From Catajapyx aquilonaris (lineage: Eukaryota): a stretch of DNA of 57,132 bases. The stretch spans positions 1 through 57,132 of the forward strand of contig JYFJ02002433.1 in NCBI GenBank assembly GCA_000934665.2, read 5' to 3'. The notes below the pieces were generated by a model. It was given only the letters and a program-made list of their open reading frames with translations. It did not search any database and was not told the DNA's origin. Below, piece by piece: positions 16,272-28,106 of the stretch (position 1 is the stretch's first letter; each line of letters opens with the position of its first letter). A program made the position numbers and the translations under genes.

Positions 16272-16865
16272 TAGGGCTGTGCGATATCCGAAATTACATA
16301 TCGACTTTCGATACTTAAAAAATATCGAATCGAAGTCGACATATCGAAAATCGAAAAACCGACATCGAACCGACATCGAAAAAAACAACAACAACGAAAA
16401 CCGATATCGAACAGCATCGAACCGACATCGAAAAATATCGAAAACCGACATCGAACGGACAACGAAAAATATCGAAAACCGACATCGAAAAATATCGAAA
16501 AACCGACATCGAACCGACATCAAAAAATCGCGATATTCGCAGACCTGGGCAAGCTAACAGAAATTTTTAGCTCAGCTAACTTCCGCTAACAGCTGATTTG
16601 GTTAGCAAACCGTGGGCGGCGCTAAATTGCTAATGATAAACAGCTAGAATGATTAGGGGGGTTTCCACTAACCTTTCTAGCTGTTAAGCCTTAAGGATTT
16701 GGTGATGTCCATGGCTTTGCTGAGCAAGTTAGCTGTTATCGAAGTTAGCTGTGCCCACCTCGGGATATTCGATACATCGAACATGGCAAGCGTCGGATAT
16801 CGCAACTTCGACATCAGGAAAATATCGTATCGACAGTCGATGTATCGAAATATCCCACAGCCCTA
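16272..16865. mobile_element. Non-autonomous hAT element with TCGA-rich subterminal repeats
   Basis: TIRs TAGGGCTGTGCGATAT / ATATCCCACAGCCCTA; perfect 8-bp TSD CTGCTGAC at 16264-16271 and 16866-16873; internal repeats of ACCGACATCGAA and AATATCGAA. Confidence 0.92.
16540..16763. mobile_element. Second hAT-like element nested in the first
   Basis: Imperfect TIRs CAGACCTGGGCA / (rc) CCGAGGTGGGCA; 8-bp TSD GATATTCG at 16532-16539 and 16764-16771; internal GCTAAC/GTTAGC repeats. Confidence 0.85.
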
Positions 16866-19800
16866 CTGCTGACATCACCCGCCCTCATTGGCCGTCCATC
16901 GGGCAGGGTTGTAACTACCATCCAAATATATCAAAAAATAATCAGATTTCGCACCCTTCCCGGATATTCCTGTCTATTCCCGGCACATCCTTTGAAGGTG
17001 GAAAAGGCGCAGTTGGACTCCCAAAATCCCCCCCTCTTTACCTGCCGTATTGATCACGGGAGTCACCTGTCACAAACTTTGTCATCTCCCAGGCCCCAGT
17101 CAGACCTGGGAGAACCCCCTACCGCCTTCTAAAAAATGCATATGCAAAGCGCCATCACTAGTAACCAGATCGGGTCATCTGGAATACGTTACAATATGGC
17201 ATATGAAGGTCGACACTAAGCCGACTAAGTTGGATGAACAGTGCAAATTGAAACCTGGCGAATAATTTTTGGGGCAGGACCTTGGGAATATTTGCCGAAA
17301 AATTCGTAAAGTACTTCGATCGGGAACACCCTCTGCCCTTTCAAGCACACATATATGCAGCCATTCAATTACCATGCAGTACTTTGAGCCTCGGGAATCA
17401 CTATTTGCACATTTACTTGTTAACCGAATCAGGACCACCGATGTTTCAGAGCACACCCTACATTTTTGCAGCATAATATTCCCAGCTGCTGTGCAGAAAC
17501 AGACGTCTTTTGAAAATCGTTCCGACGTAAACTTCTGGGGAGGCAGACATAAAATTAATGCAGCGTCTATCTCAATGGAGCGCTTCTCTTTGGTTTCCAG
17601 CCTCCGCCAGGCACGATCAATGGCACTTTAAAGGAGCTATTGTTACACCCTGTGGGCTCCATACGGCCTATGAAAACGTCCGCATCTGAACATCCAACCC
17701 AATTGTTCTGAATCAGCCAGCGTGTTGCGCGCGTATCACAGTCGCGTTTCGAGCGTGAAAGTACCCACATGAAAAAAAAACACCCGGTATTAAACCGGGC
17801 CTGATTAAATCGATATGCTGTCTAAAATATTGCCACTTTAAATATCGATTGTACAGCTTGAATACCAGCGCTCGCAGCCAAAGCGTTGACAAAATTGTGT
17901 AAAGATTAACCCTGCGGTTACGGGTCATTTGATCCTACGCCACCTGTAACACTAGCTTATGTAACGCTATCCCGATAACAACGTCACCTCCACTAAAAAT
18001 ATCCCTCCGAAAAAAAAAAAAAATCATTGCAAATAAAACCAGGCACGTGTCACAAGTTCACATACTGTCCTTGGCCGCCTGTTAAGAATTAACCTTTATA
18101 TTTCCCTCAAACCCTTCCCCAAGCGGAACAAGAAACGGCCATTACTTACGCCTGTCCTGATTAGATAAATGGCCTAGTCAGTGGCAAGGCAGATGACAAC
18201 CCCCTCCCCCCACCCAACCCACAGACGAAATGTGGGTGGCACAATGGCCTATCAAAATAATGTGACCCCAGGTCATCTGACCTGGGAGGAGTCACTTGGT
18301 CAAGAAAGGGGGCGGCTTACCACCATTGTTGGGAATGTTAGCTGGCACCCGGGCTCGACTGATTTCTCCTCCCAGTTTTACCCACCACTTCCTTCCTGTG
18401 CTGCCTGATTACACTTGGAGGAAAGAAGGGGAGGGATGTCGTGTAAAAACTTCATAAAATTTCATATCGCTGCTGTCATAAGGGAACGATTAAAACTTCA
18501 GCATCGTTTCGGGCCTGTCATTACCTGGCCAGGAATTGCTAGTCATCCGGTTAGCTGGGAAGTGCCTTTCTAGAGGAACGCGTTTCTTGGCATCCTCGGG
18601 TGCTGTCGACAATCATGCCGCTTAAATCTGCAAATCCTTACGTTATATTCTAAGGGGCTTGCAACAAATGCGAATGGTGTTTTCGAGAGCGGCCTCCGTA
18701 ATCCTGAGAACCCACAACTGCTGCACTGCAATCCCATTTGCATGGAATAGTGGCTTCAAATAAATCCACAAAAGTAAAAATGACTTCAAATCATGAGCAC
18801 CCCTCCCAACATTACATTTTTGCAAAAACTGCATCTAATAAATTGTCTGAAAAATATTCAGTAGTTTCAGTGCTGACACAACTGCAATATTGCATTCAAT
18901 CCACTTTAGTCCATATGCAAACATTACACATTTTTTAAAGGCAAAACTATTTTATGTTGCATCCAATGCAACACACTGAAAAATTGCCAACAAGTGGAAT
19001 TGGGACATGTGCACCGGCAAGTGACATAGTTTCCCAATGCACTTGTATTACTTACCCATGACATACAGCATATATGCAGTTCGGCATTATCGTTAATTTG
19101 TGGCCTAGGGGGCTCCGGAGGCAGCATGGAAATATCAATAGTATCAAATGCAGTGCGAAAATGGGACCAAACAATATGTAGAAACAGATATCGGAGGGTG
19201 GGCATGGTTGGGGAGGGATCCCGATGCTTTTACAAGTCGACTCTGGCCTGGAGCATTGATACGCTTCATTGTTCATTCAATTGCAAAAGGTGCCTTGGCC
19301 CTTTAACGATCCTAATAATAGAAAGGTCGTGACATTTCACCTGGCCAAGAGGGAAGGGGGTCGAGAGAGGATTATCCCATAATGAGAGACCAGCCAATTG
19401 TTAAGCTGTGCATTCATCACCCTCAGATCTAAATTAGCACCTCTATCTTTTTAAAGCTCTGGCAACGAATGGAGCCATCAATCACGAAACTAACTCTCAA
19501 TTCTGTTTGACATGCCAAATTACTTGAGACTGCTGCTAGAATTAGCCTCTTAATCGGAGACCAAAGAATCTTTGCAATACTTTCCACCTGCCACTAGCAC
19601 TTTGTATCCAGTGCACCTACGCTAAATTAGCCTCCACTTTCAAAAGCCTCGCATTCTGAACTGCGAATGAGTTGCATTCATGAAATTTGCACGAGTATTG
19701 ATTTGATCCTGGAAAGTGCCTGAATACTAGGTGCAGGCACAATGAACATAAACAACATTTCAAAATATTTATCGCAGACAGAAAGCTGAGAGGTTTCTAA

Positions 19801-21380
19801 TTTGCCTTTGCAGGAACTGAGTAAAAAACCTTGAGTTGGAAGATCATGCATGTAAAATACCTTCACAGTACTGTCCTGCATGTATTAACTTCCTCAAAGG
19901 GATTAAACACACTGTAAGTAACTTGTCAAAAGCATTAGGCCGAGCATGTCAAGCACAGCTTGCAGTTACAATTATTTCCAGCACCAGAAGGCTCTTGTCG
20001 TCATGTCTGACATGGTATGGTCCAAGTGGCTTTGGCATCACCAGACCTCAAGTAATTTCCATCGTTACATATGTTAAGGAGCTAAGGAGCCTCGATGAGA
20101 CTAATAAAACCATCACACAGTCCACTACTGCCATCTACCTGCCACAACTTCAGGCAATAGGGATAATCAAGTTACTTCTCAATTAACACTCTGTGCCTTT
20201 AAATGGTTCATCATCTTTCCTTGCTAATTAATGTTTACCAGAAGATTACATCCTAGCAAGTGGCTGAGAGCCTTGTGGTGTGTAGAGATATTCTCTGGCC
20301 CAAGCACAGCACTTTGTGGCTTTAAAATATGCACAATATACGCACTGAAAATGCAGGCAGCCAGAACTTGTTGTAATATCCATACACACTGGTTGTTTAT
20401 CCTCTTCATATTGCTATTCAGAATTTAACGTCAAAACCTCCCAAATTTTCATTTCCCCTAATTGTAACATTACAATAAAAATTTTGCAGCACTGTGCATG
20501 TAGAAGAATGGCTAATATCGCTTTTACTTCGTTAAAGTAGTGCATTATACCACCTGTGTGCGCACCAAGACAAAATTCTAATCTCCTCTCAGGGTGATCC
20601 ACATGTGGCAATCTCAAGGTAGTTTTCAATCTGAGTTTAGATCTCACGATACAGTTTGCCATGCCAACAACTTGGGACAGTGCAAGTACACTGCCCACGT
20701 CAGTCAACGACAGACGACTGCATGTATAACCTCCAAGTCCCTGACATTAATTAATTCACCCGGGTTGACATTCCTCAATGTGGCCTGGTCAGAGGCTGAT
20801 TAGCAACATGCCAACACAATCACTGATAACAACTAGTGGCCATCACTGTTCAGGGTGGACACGACAAGCACTGGTCAGCACATTTCCATCGGGTTGTCAG
20901 CAGCAGGGAAAGAGGAATGAGGCTGCACACCACTGCTGAGCGAGCTGGCTGGCTGGCTGGCTGGTGTGCCAACCAACCATCCTCCGCCCCTGGTCCTACC
21001 ACCACCGGGGACCTGTGCACACCGGTTGCCGCCGCACCCTCTGCCCTGCCCACCCTCGTCCGGCCCCAACGCCAAGCACGCACGCACCTCTACAGAATCA
21101 GAGAGTGACGGGGCAGCCAGGCCTAGCCGGCAGACTGGCTGCGAGGGGTACCCGCCCCTGACCGAAGGATGATGCACACACCGTGGGGAGATGACCTCGG
21201 GAGGGACGGACACGCGCCCAGCAAGCACCGTGGGAAAGGCCCAGCCCTCTCGAGACGGACTGGCCGGATGGATGGCTGACTGGCGGGGGGACCGGTCGGG
21301 TCAGTGGATGGGGATGGGAGGAGCTGCCCTTGCCCTTGCCCCTGGTCCGCCCCGGGGTGTATACGAAGGGAAGCACTTAC

Positions 21381-21865
21381 GTCTCCTTGCACAGAGGGAG
21401 GGGGGGGGGAGATCCTCTCTGAAAGGGGGGCTACTACAGCTCCTCCGAGCTTCGGCGCTGCTGCCGTTGACTGGGCGATGGCTCCTCCCCTCCTCCAGTC
21501 CTCCCTCTCCCCCGCCTTACCCCTCACTCGCTTTCCATCTCTGCCACCAGCCGGCGACACCCGTCATGCCACCACCGGATAACGCATGCGCACCAGTCAC
21601 CACTCTATCAAAGATGGAGGGCTGACTCAACACAATCCTCCAGTCAACGACTACGCTATAACAAACATGGCGCCCGCCTCGTAATTTTCGGCAGCACACT
21701 GGCCATCTGCTCCTTCCCGGAATACCTTTGACCCTGGGTTGACCCATCCGGTGGGGGCACCAGCAGAACCTTCTGGCGTCGGGCATCCCAGCCGTACTCC
21801 TCCTGGGCAGGCTGAAACGACTTTTTTTGCGCACCCTGTCTGGTCACATCTGGCAGTGCTGAAGG
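21381..21865. promoter_or_regulatory. Putative bidirectional promoter and non-coding first exon of Rap1 (-), head-to-head with PEX10 (+)
   Basis: GC-rich island ~20900-21900; strong minus-strand donor GAC|GTAAGT at 21381/21380 that could splice to acceptors at ~14110-14124 just upstream of the Rap1 ATG; YY1-like AAGATGG (~21611) and AACATGGCG (~21665); PEX10 ATG at 21866. Confidence 0.6.
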
Positions 21866-23329
21866 ATGCCGTTCAGGCCGGCTGGACCCGCTGCCATCCT
21901 CAGGGGTGCGCAGAAGGATGAGCTGTTTGCAGAGAGGTTGCGATCGGATATGTCCGACCTTCTCCAGCAAGTCGCGGGTATGGAGTTTATTTCTGCAACT
22001 CACTGCCTGTCAAGGTCGCTTATTTTTATGCAATTTTCTTGAAAGGAAACCGAGTTTGGATGAAATATAGGAAGGCGGCAGAAGTAGCAGCTGATCTGCT
22101 CTACTACAGCTTGACGACTCTTTCGCTGAATCAAACTCTTGGTGAGGAGTACACCGGGATAGTCGAAGTCGCAGCAGGCCAACGGAAACTGCCACCGAGA
22201 TGGGTGAGCTTTACAGCCATGCGCTCTTGAGAATGAAAATGAAAAGCTTCTGATGTGTTTCATACGATTATAATAATTGGACTGCAGTTTACATCATGTT
22301 TCAATCAATTAAAGTTGGAAGGTGTGTTTGCTCTTGATCATTGTGTTTCCTTTATAGAGATTGGGACTGATGGTCCTCCTTCATAGCGTTGGCCCAGTTG
22401 CAACAAATCATCTCCTGGCCAAAGCGTCCCAGTGGCTCAATGGTGAGGTGGCTCGGCAAAAGTTACGGCCTGAAGCCAGGCACTTTCTGCAGGATATGGT
22501 GGAGACGGCCAAGAGCAGCTACCCTTACATGTGGCGATTACATCTTGCACTCTTTTACCTCACTGGCACTTATTACCATATATCCAAACGGGTTACTGGT
22601 GTTAGATATGTGAGTAACTTTGTATTCAAGGTACAGCAGTAATGTGACATGATAGATATTGAAATTCATTATGTGGGAAATTCGCTCAACTTCTTCAGAT
22701 TACGTTTAAATGTGGCTGTTGCTATGGGCAATTGGGTTTTGATCATGGTAGCCCCTACCTCAAAGGGACTCCACCTGGTACTATTGACTTGGGAGTTGGT
22801 CGAAACAGGTTAGGAATTTTTTAGGGGCTATCAAAGTTATTGTTAATTTTAGTTTAGGTTTTCATTAAGGTTCGTATGAGTGGAACAGTGTATATATACA
22901 TAATAGTTTGTAAAAGCTAAGGTTAATATCTTCCAGGTGATGGTCCGTGACTGGTTTGGGCAACCAACTGGAACTCTCGGCTTCCACATACTTGGCTGGC
23001 TGTCGTTAGCCCATGTGGCCCTGACTGCCCTGTATTCAACCTGGTCATGGTGGAGCCGCCATAGGATAGCCACCCCTACCCACTCAGCTTCCTCAAAATC
23101 TACTCTGTACAAGACTGCCCCTTCTTCTGACTCTGTCCCAGACTACCTCCGCCGGTGTTCCCTCTGCCTGGAGAATCGTCGCTCCACCACTGCCACTCCC
23201 TGTGGTCACCTCTTCTGTTGGGAGTGCATATGCCAGTGGCTGAGGACCAAGCATGAGTGTCCCTTGTGTAGGGAGAAGGTGATGCCCTCCAGGGTCATCT
23301 TTCTCTTCAACTACGATCGCTCAAGTTAA
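21866..23329 (+). CDS. PEX10: Peroxisome biogenesis factor 10 (RING peroxin, ~304 aa)
   Basis: Exons 21866-21977, 22046-22203, 22358-22609, 22937-23329 in frame. N-terminal ILRGAQKDE, LTTLSLNQTLGEEYTGI, RLHLALFYLTGTYYHISKRVTGVRY, C-terminal C3HC4 RING CSLCLENRRSTTATPCGHLFCWECICQWLRTKHECPLCR; AATAAA at ~23436. Confidence 0.96.
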
Positions 23330-25395
23330 AATATGGCATTTGATGATAACCAAGTGTGCAGCTGTATGTGATGATTAATTTGTATTTTTTTAACAAATGG
23401 TAATGGATGTACTGTATATTAATTGTTGGGTTGACAATAAAGCTTTTATTCTTTCCAAACTGTATGGGTAACAATGTGGTAAGATAGTGGCAACTGCCTT
23501 GAGCAGGACAAAATGCATCCTAAAGTGTATTTGTATACGCACATTTTTTTTTAGTGCTGCACATTTAGACCTCCAGACCTTGACCTACATGGAGTGAATA
23601 GCAGTTTCATTCTTTGTACTGCATCGTAAATAAGATCTCTTATCAAACAGAAATGTAGAGAGGCCAACAATGTACTGGACCTAGTATGTGATATAAAGGA
23701 ATCCGTAGTTATGTGCAAGAACCCTGCAACCTGTATATTTTTGCAATGCAGAAATGAGTGTGCTGCAGCATTACTTCCTTAAATATACTGTATACACATT
23801 AAAATATGCTAGTGGGCCAGGAATTTAAAAATTAAGGAGTATCGTGTCAACATTGCACAATGAAGGAGCTTTCTTGCAAAACAGTCCTATTGATTTCCTA
23901 TGCAAATTGCACCTAAAAAAACAAACGGATGACCTCCCAATTGCTTTGGTATATGAGACCTCAGAATATTTGTGTCCAGGAAATGGATTGCCACATTGCA
24001 TTGTGTTTGGTCGTAATCTCGACAGCAATTGCACAACTGGCCTATTACATGACACTTTCGGTGTCATTATAATGGCATATGGGCAGTGCTCATTTGTACC
24101 TCCCCCACCCTTCCCGCAAAAAACCCCCCAAAAGTGGGTCACTTTGGTCAAGAACCATGTATGAAGTTATGAATTATTTTGGACTGGCAGGGAAAGTTAC
24201 TTCTCAGTGTTATATCAGAGTGAGCTTAATAATTGCCATGCACATGCAATGAACAACGGTGCATTCCTGAAGTTACTGGCATAAAGTCCAGGCGATCCAA
24301 CTCAGCACATTCTCGCAAAAATTCATACTCAAGTGTATATTCTTAACCTTGAACCCGATTATAACGATGACATTGCAAGGCTTTTACCTTTGAAAGTTCA
24401 AGAGACCGTAAATAAATGGCTTTGAATTTGTTCCAGGGCTGTGTATTCATTGAGCTAAAGGTACAAGTACGTGACAAATTGCCACCGACATCCACCTTGA
24501 AGGACAGTCTACTGTTGATTGCTTCTAATTGCTCATTAATTAATCTAAGTCACCCGCTGAAGGTCAACACTCCCTCATTTTTTGTTATGCTACAGTACCC
24601 AAAAATATATATTGTTATGCACCTGTTATTAGCCGCAATGTCTTGATAAGTCATGTCGATTATCCCCCTTTGCAACGGCCATTACCTGGCGGAATTTCGC
24701 ATTTTGCTTCCAATCAGCAACGCCATCACCATGACATCCTATAAAACTGCAGGTATTACTTCCTACACCCTTGCATACCCCCATAAATAATCCTTCTTAA
24801 TTGCTATATGATCATTTGTGTTCTTACAAAATATACACCCCCACTAATGACTGGTCTATTTTTGAAACTGCCCATCTATTTTATTTTTTTTGTGGGGTGG
24901 GGGGGGGGGGGATTTTGAAACAATTTCTTCCCATTTTTGGGGGTGGGGGTTGGAATTTGTGATTTTTAAACAAATTCTTCCCCCTTTTTTTGAAAATTTT
25001 TGTATTTGGAATTTTTGTGCAGGAAGCGCACTACCCACTACATGACCATCATTCTTCCAGTATAGCAACCCCGCCTACAGGTCATATCTCCGGAGGCTGC
25101 TGATTGGACCAGAGTTGGCAAGATCGACGAGGTGAAGGAGGCGGGAAAGAATAAAAGGAAAAAAAAAAAAGGAAAGAGGACCGAGAGAGCGTAACGAAAC
25201 AACGGTAGTAGGCGTAGTCACCTCAGAGTGAAATAAGCCAAGTGTATATATAAAGGGCAGGAGGGTAATCGGAAGGCCCCCACAACTTTACTTGGCCGGA
25301 AGGCCGAAAGTGAAATTGGTAGCTCCAGGATTTTTTGGAAACAATTTTTTTTTTTTTGAAGATTCAGTGTGAGTGTGGATCCACCCTTTAAAAAA

Positions 25396-27358
25396 ATGGT
25401 AAGTCCAATGATGGTCATAGTCTAGTTCACAATAACAATTGGTAAAATTGATAACCGGGTCATCAGAGTCGCCCCAGTTCAAAAGTGAAATTTTGTTGGA
25501 TATGGCCTTGATTATTTTACGTGAAAAATTCCATCATCAGGAAACAACCGATTAAATGTTAAACCTTGGTGTATGGAACAAATGAATGCGTCATTCACTA
25601 CTTCCTGAGATGACGATTTGTTCACATAACGTCATGTTTCGTGGCCATAATCGTAATTTTTGGCACTTAATTAAGGAGATAGGTCAACATAATAGCACAT
25701 TGTGAGCAACAAAGTGGAGACAAACAATAAGACGTATATCTCATCATCTATTTGACGCCAAATGTGCGAACCGGCCTATTTTGAATAAAACCGGTTTGTA
25801 ATTAGCCATCAGCTACATTATTACAACAAAGACTGTGCCAACAAAGTCCAACAGTCCAACAAAGTCTAACAGTCCAACAAAGTCCAACAGTCCAACAAAG
25901 TCCAACAAAATTGATTTTGGAATCATTTCGGAAAAAAATTTTGCCAATATTTTCAGAAGGGGCTAATGACTGTGATGTTGGTCCTCTCCTTGGCGACTGC
26001 AGATCCCAATCCAAAACCCGAGGCCAAACCGGCTGGAGATTTGGATCCCGAGGCCAAAGGTCATCCTGGCCTTGTTATCCTCTACAGGAAGGACTTTGGT
26101 GGTAAGTTCTACTTCCGCTTTTTCTTCATCAAAATACGTTTGACCAATTCGATGACGACCCTGATGATACATGAAGCATATGACATATGTAATTGGATGT
26201 ATGCTGTACTTTTGACATAAAAGGAGGTTAAGGTTGAGGAGATCAAGTTATGGTCATCGAGCTCTGACACGGGTTCTAAACACATGTACACAATGAAATT
26301 TTGAGATTGACAAAAATATGGGGAGGTCCCATACGCAAAACTTTACGAAACAACAGCTTTCACTCTGGCTACGTACCTTTCGTCGAATCCTGTCTTAAGA
26401 AATATATTTTTTTTCTGACCGTTGGACAAACACACTGGAAAAACCTGACCTGGTTAGAAGGAAGTAGGAAGCAATCTCCGGATGTGTCCTATCGGAGGTG
26501 GAAAACAATCGTGACCAATCGCCGAGGTCGATTGACATTGGTCCTACTTACGAGACACGGGTTTTTTTTGCAGGGAACGACGCTACTCAAGGACGGGTGT
26601 TGCACAAAGCTAGTACCTTTCTGCATGACCACGGTGTTAGCTTCAAGCACAATAAAGATGGGCATCATAAGCATGGAGGACCCAGACCATCGTGTGCTGC
26701 GTCTGACCTCAACTACTGCCTGTATAATCATGATTACCCACTGTAAGTTGATGTATTACCATCACCAACCATGGATGATAAATACTGCTTCTTTATAGGG
26801 ACAAAGTGAACCATATAGTTGATGACTACCACGACGATATCAACCATATGTACCATGAGATGAACCACTATCCTTATGACGACTACCTTCAGCATGACAA
26901 CTACACCCATAGCTACAGGTACTGTACAACCTAGTTTTAACAAAGGAGCATTGTAATCAACATTTCTTCTTCAAAAGGCACAAGGGTCACTTCGTGTGCG
27001 AATCAGACGTGTCCTACGTCAGACCCGGCTGGATTCGGAACTGGAAGGGCGAATGGGTCACCACTGTCAACACCGACGTGTTTCCACAAAGTGTGCGGAT
27101 GGAAACATGCAAGTACGTACTGTACCAACTCATTGCCATTAAAACATTCAACAATCATTGTCCCATGGTAATTCTAGGTATCCGCACAAGAGATGCGAAT
27201 TTCTGCCTCCTTGCTACAAGTCCACGTGTGTCCAACGATACACGTACGTCAAACTGCTCTGCGTGGACCCATACAATCCGCATCATCGACCAATTATTGA
27301 CGTCTTCGAGATTCCCAGTGCATGCTCTTGTTTCGTTGAAAATTTCACCTACTACTAA
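25396..27358 (+). CDS. Spaetzle-family cystine-knot cytokine, neurotrophin-1/Spz2-like (~250 aa, secreted)
   Basis: Exons 25396-25398 (ATG|GTAAGT), 25957-26101, 26574-26742, 26799-26918, 26978-27112, 27178-27358 join in frame. Signal peptide MKGLMTVMLVLSLATA; prodomain motif SCAASDLNYCLYNHDYP; knot domain VCESDVSYVRPGWIRNWKGEWVTTVNT..QSVRMETC..CEFLPPCYKSTCVQRY..LLCVDP..IDVFEIPSACSC. Confidence 0.9.
25838..25909. repeat. 18-bp tandem repeat (CCAACAAAGTCCAACAGT, about 4 copies) in intron 1 of the Spaetzle-like gene
   Basis: Read directly from the sequence; explains the repeated VGLCWT in the minus-strand ORF 25802-26014. Confidence 0.9.
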
Positions 27359-28106
27359 ACTACAGTGACGTCCTTTGTCAGCAGCCACTCGTGAAGACTT
27401 TCAAAGAACCACGAGAAAACTGACTCCGGAAGAGCAAGTGCTAAGCGGAAGTGTCGCGATATGTGTACCACATCAGGCGACAATTTTCTCAGCAGAAGCA
27501 TAAAAGATAACAACTGGAGCACACTACACGGTTTCGTTTAATGCACAGTGATTGCAACTTTCATTCACTATGAATTTAACAATGCAGTGGACTAATATAG
27601 TGGTGTCAATTTTTAATAAAATGTAGACTTTTAGTACAGCCTACTTGTTCCTCCATCAGACCATCACCAATAGTGCTGTATCATCCACTGCCAGTCTGTT
27701 GCATCACTGGTGGGCACCGGGCACAACAATACGGTAGGTATACCTATAGGTGCTATGAAGCATTAAATAGTACAAATTGCATTATATCCCACTCCCTTTC
27801 TAAGGTTATATAAACCGTATACGAATGAACTTGTCAGTAGTTCGCTTACAACTATAGTTGCTGTGATTTCACAATTTCAAGCTAAACCTATCGTTAATGA
27901 GTTATAGCGCATCAGCTATCATCCCGGTGGAAGTGCTTTATCTGCTTGCATCCTATAGACTACCGTACTGACTACTGAGATGCAGCCTCATTTATCAACT
28001 TCATGGAACTCAGTTGACCTGCTGACCTATCTGCACTGTAGACTAGGAATGATAACCCTTCTCCGATCAGTATGTAGCGCAATTTGGTAAGCATCACAAG
28101 TCAAAC

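Noticed and set aside
16041..16557. Repetitive ORFs on both strands (RCRFSIFFD / KNRHRTDIE) and a CRISPR-like look
   Set aside because: Irregular short subterminal repeats of a hAT element with TIRs and an 8-bp TSD; no constant repeat with unique spacers, no cas genes, and the DNA is eukaryotic.
20836..21834. Many overlapping GC-rich ORFs on both strands
   Set aside because: Expected from low stop-codon density in the Rap1/PEX10 promoter island; no recognisable motifs. The ATG in AACATGGCG (~21667) closes after five codons.
26301..26798. 165-aa plus-strand ORF and an apparent frameshift in the Spaetzle-like gene
   Set aside because: The acceptor TTTTTTTTGCAG|G at 26573/26574 joins exon 2 in the correct phase, so no frameshift is needed; the long ORF is an alternative frame running through intron.
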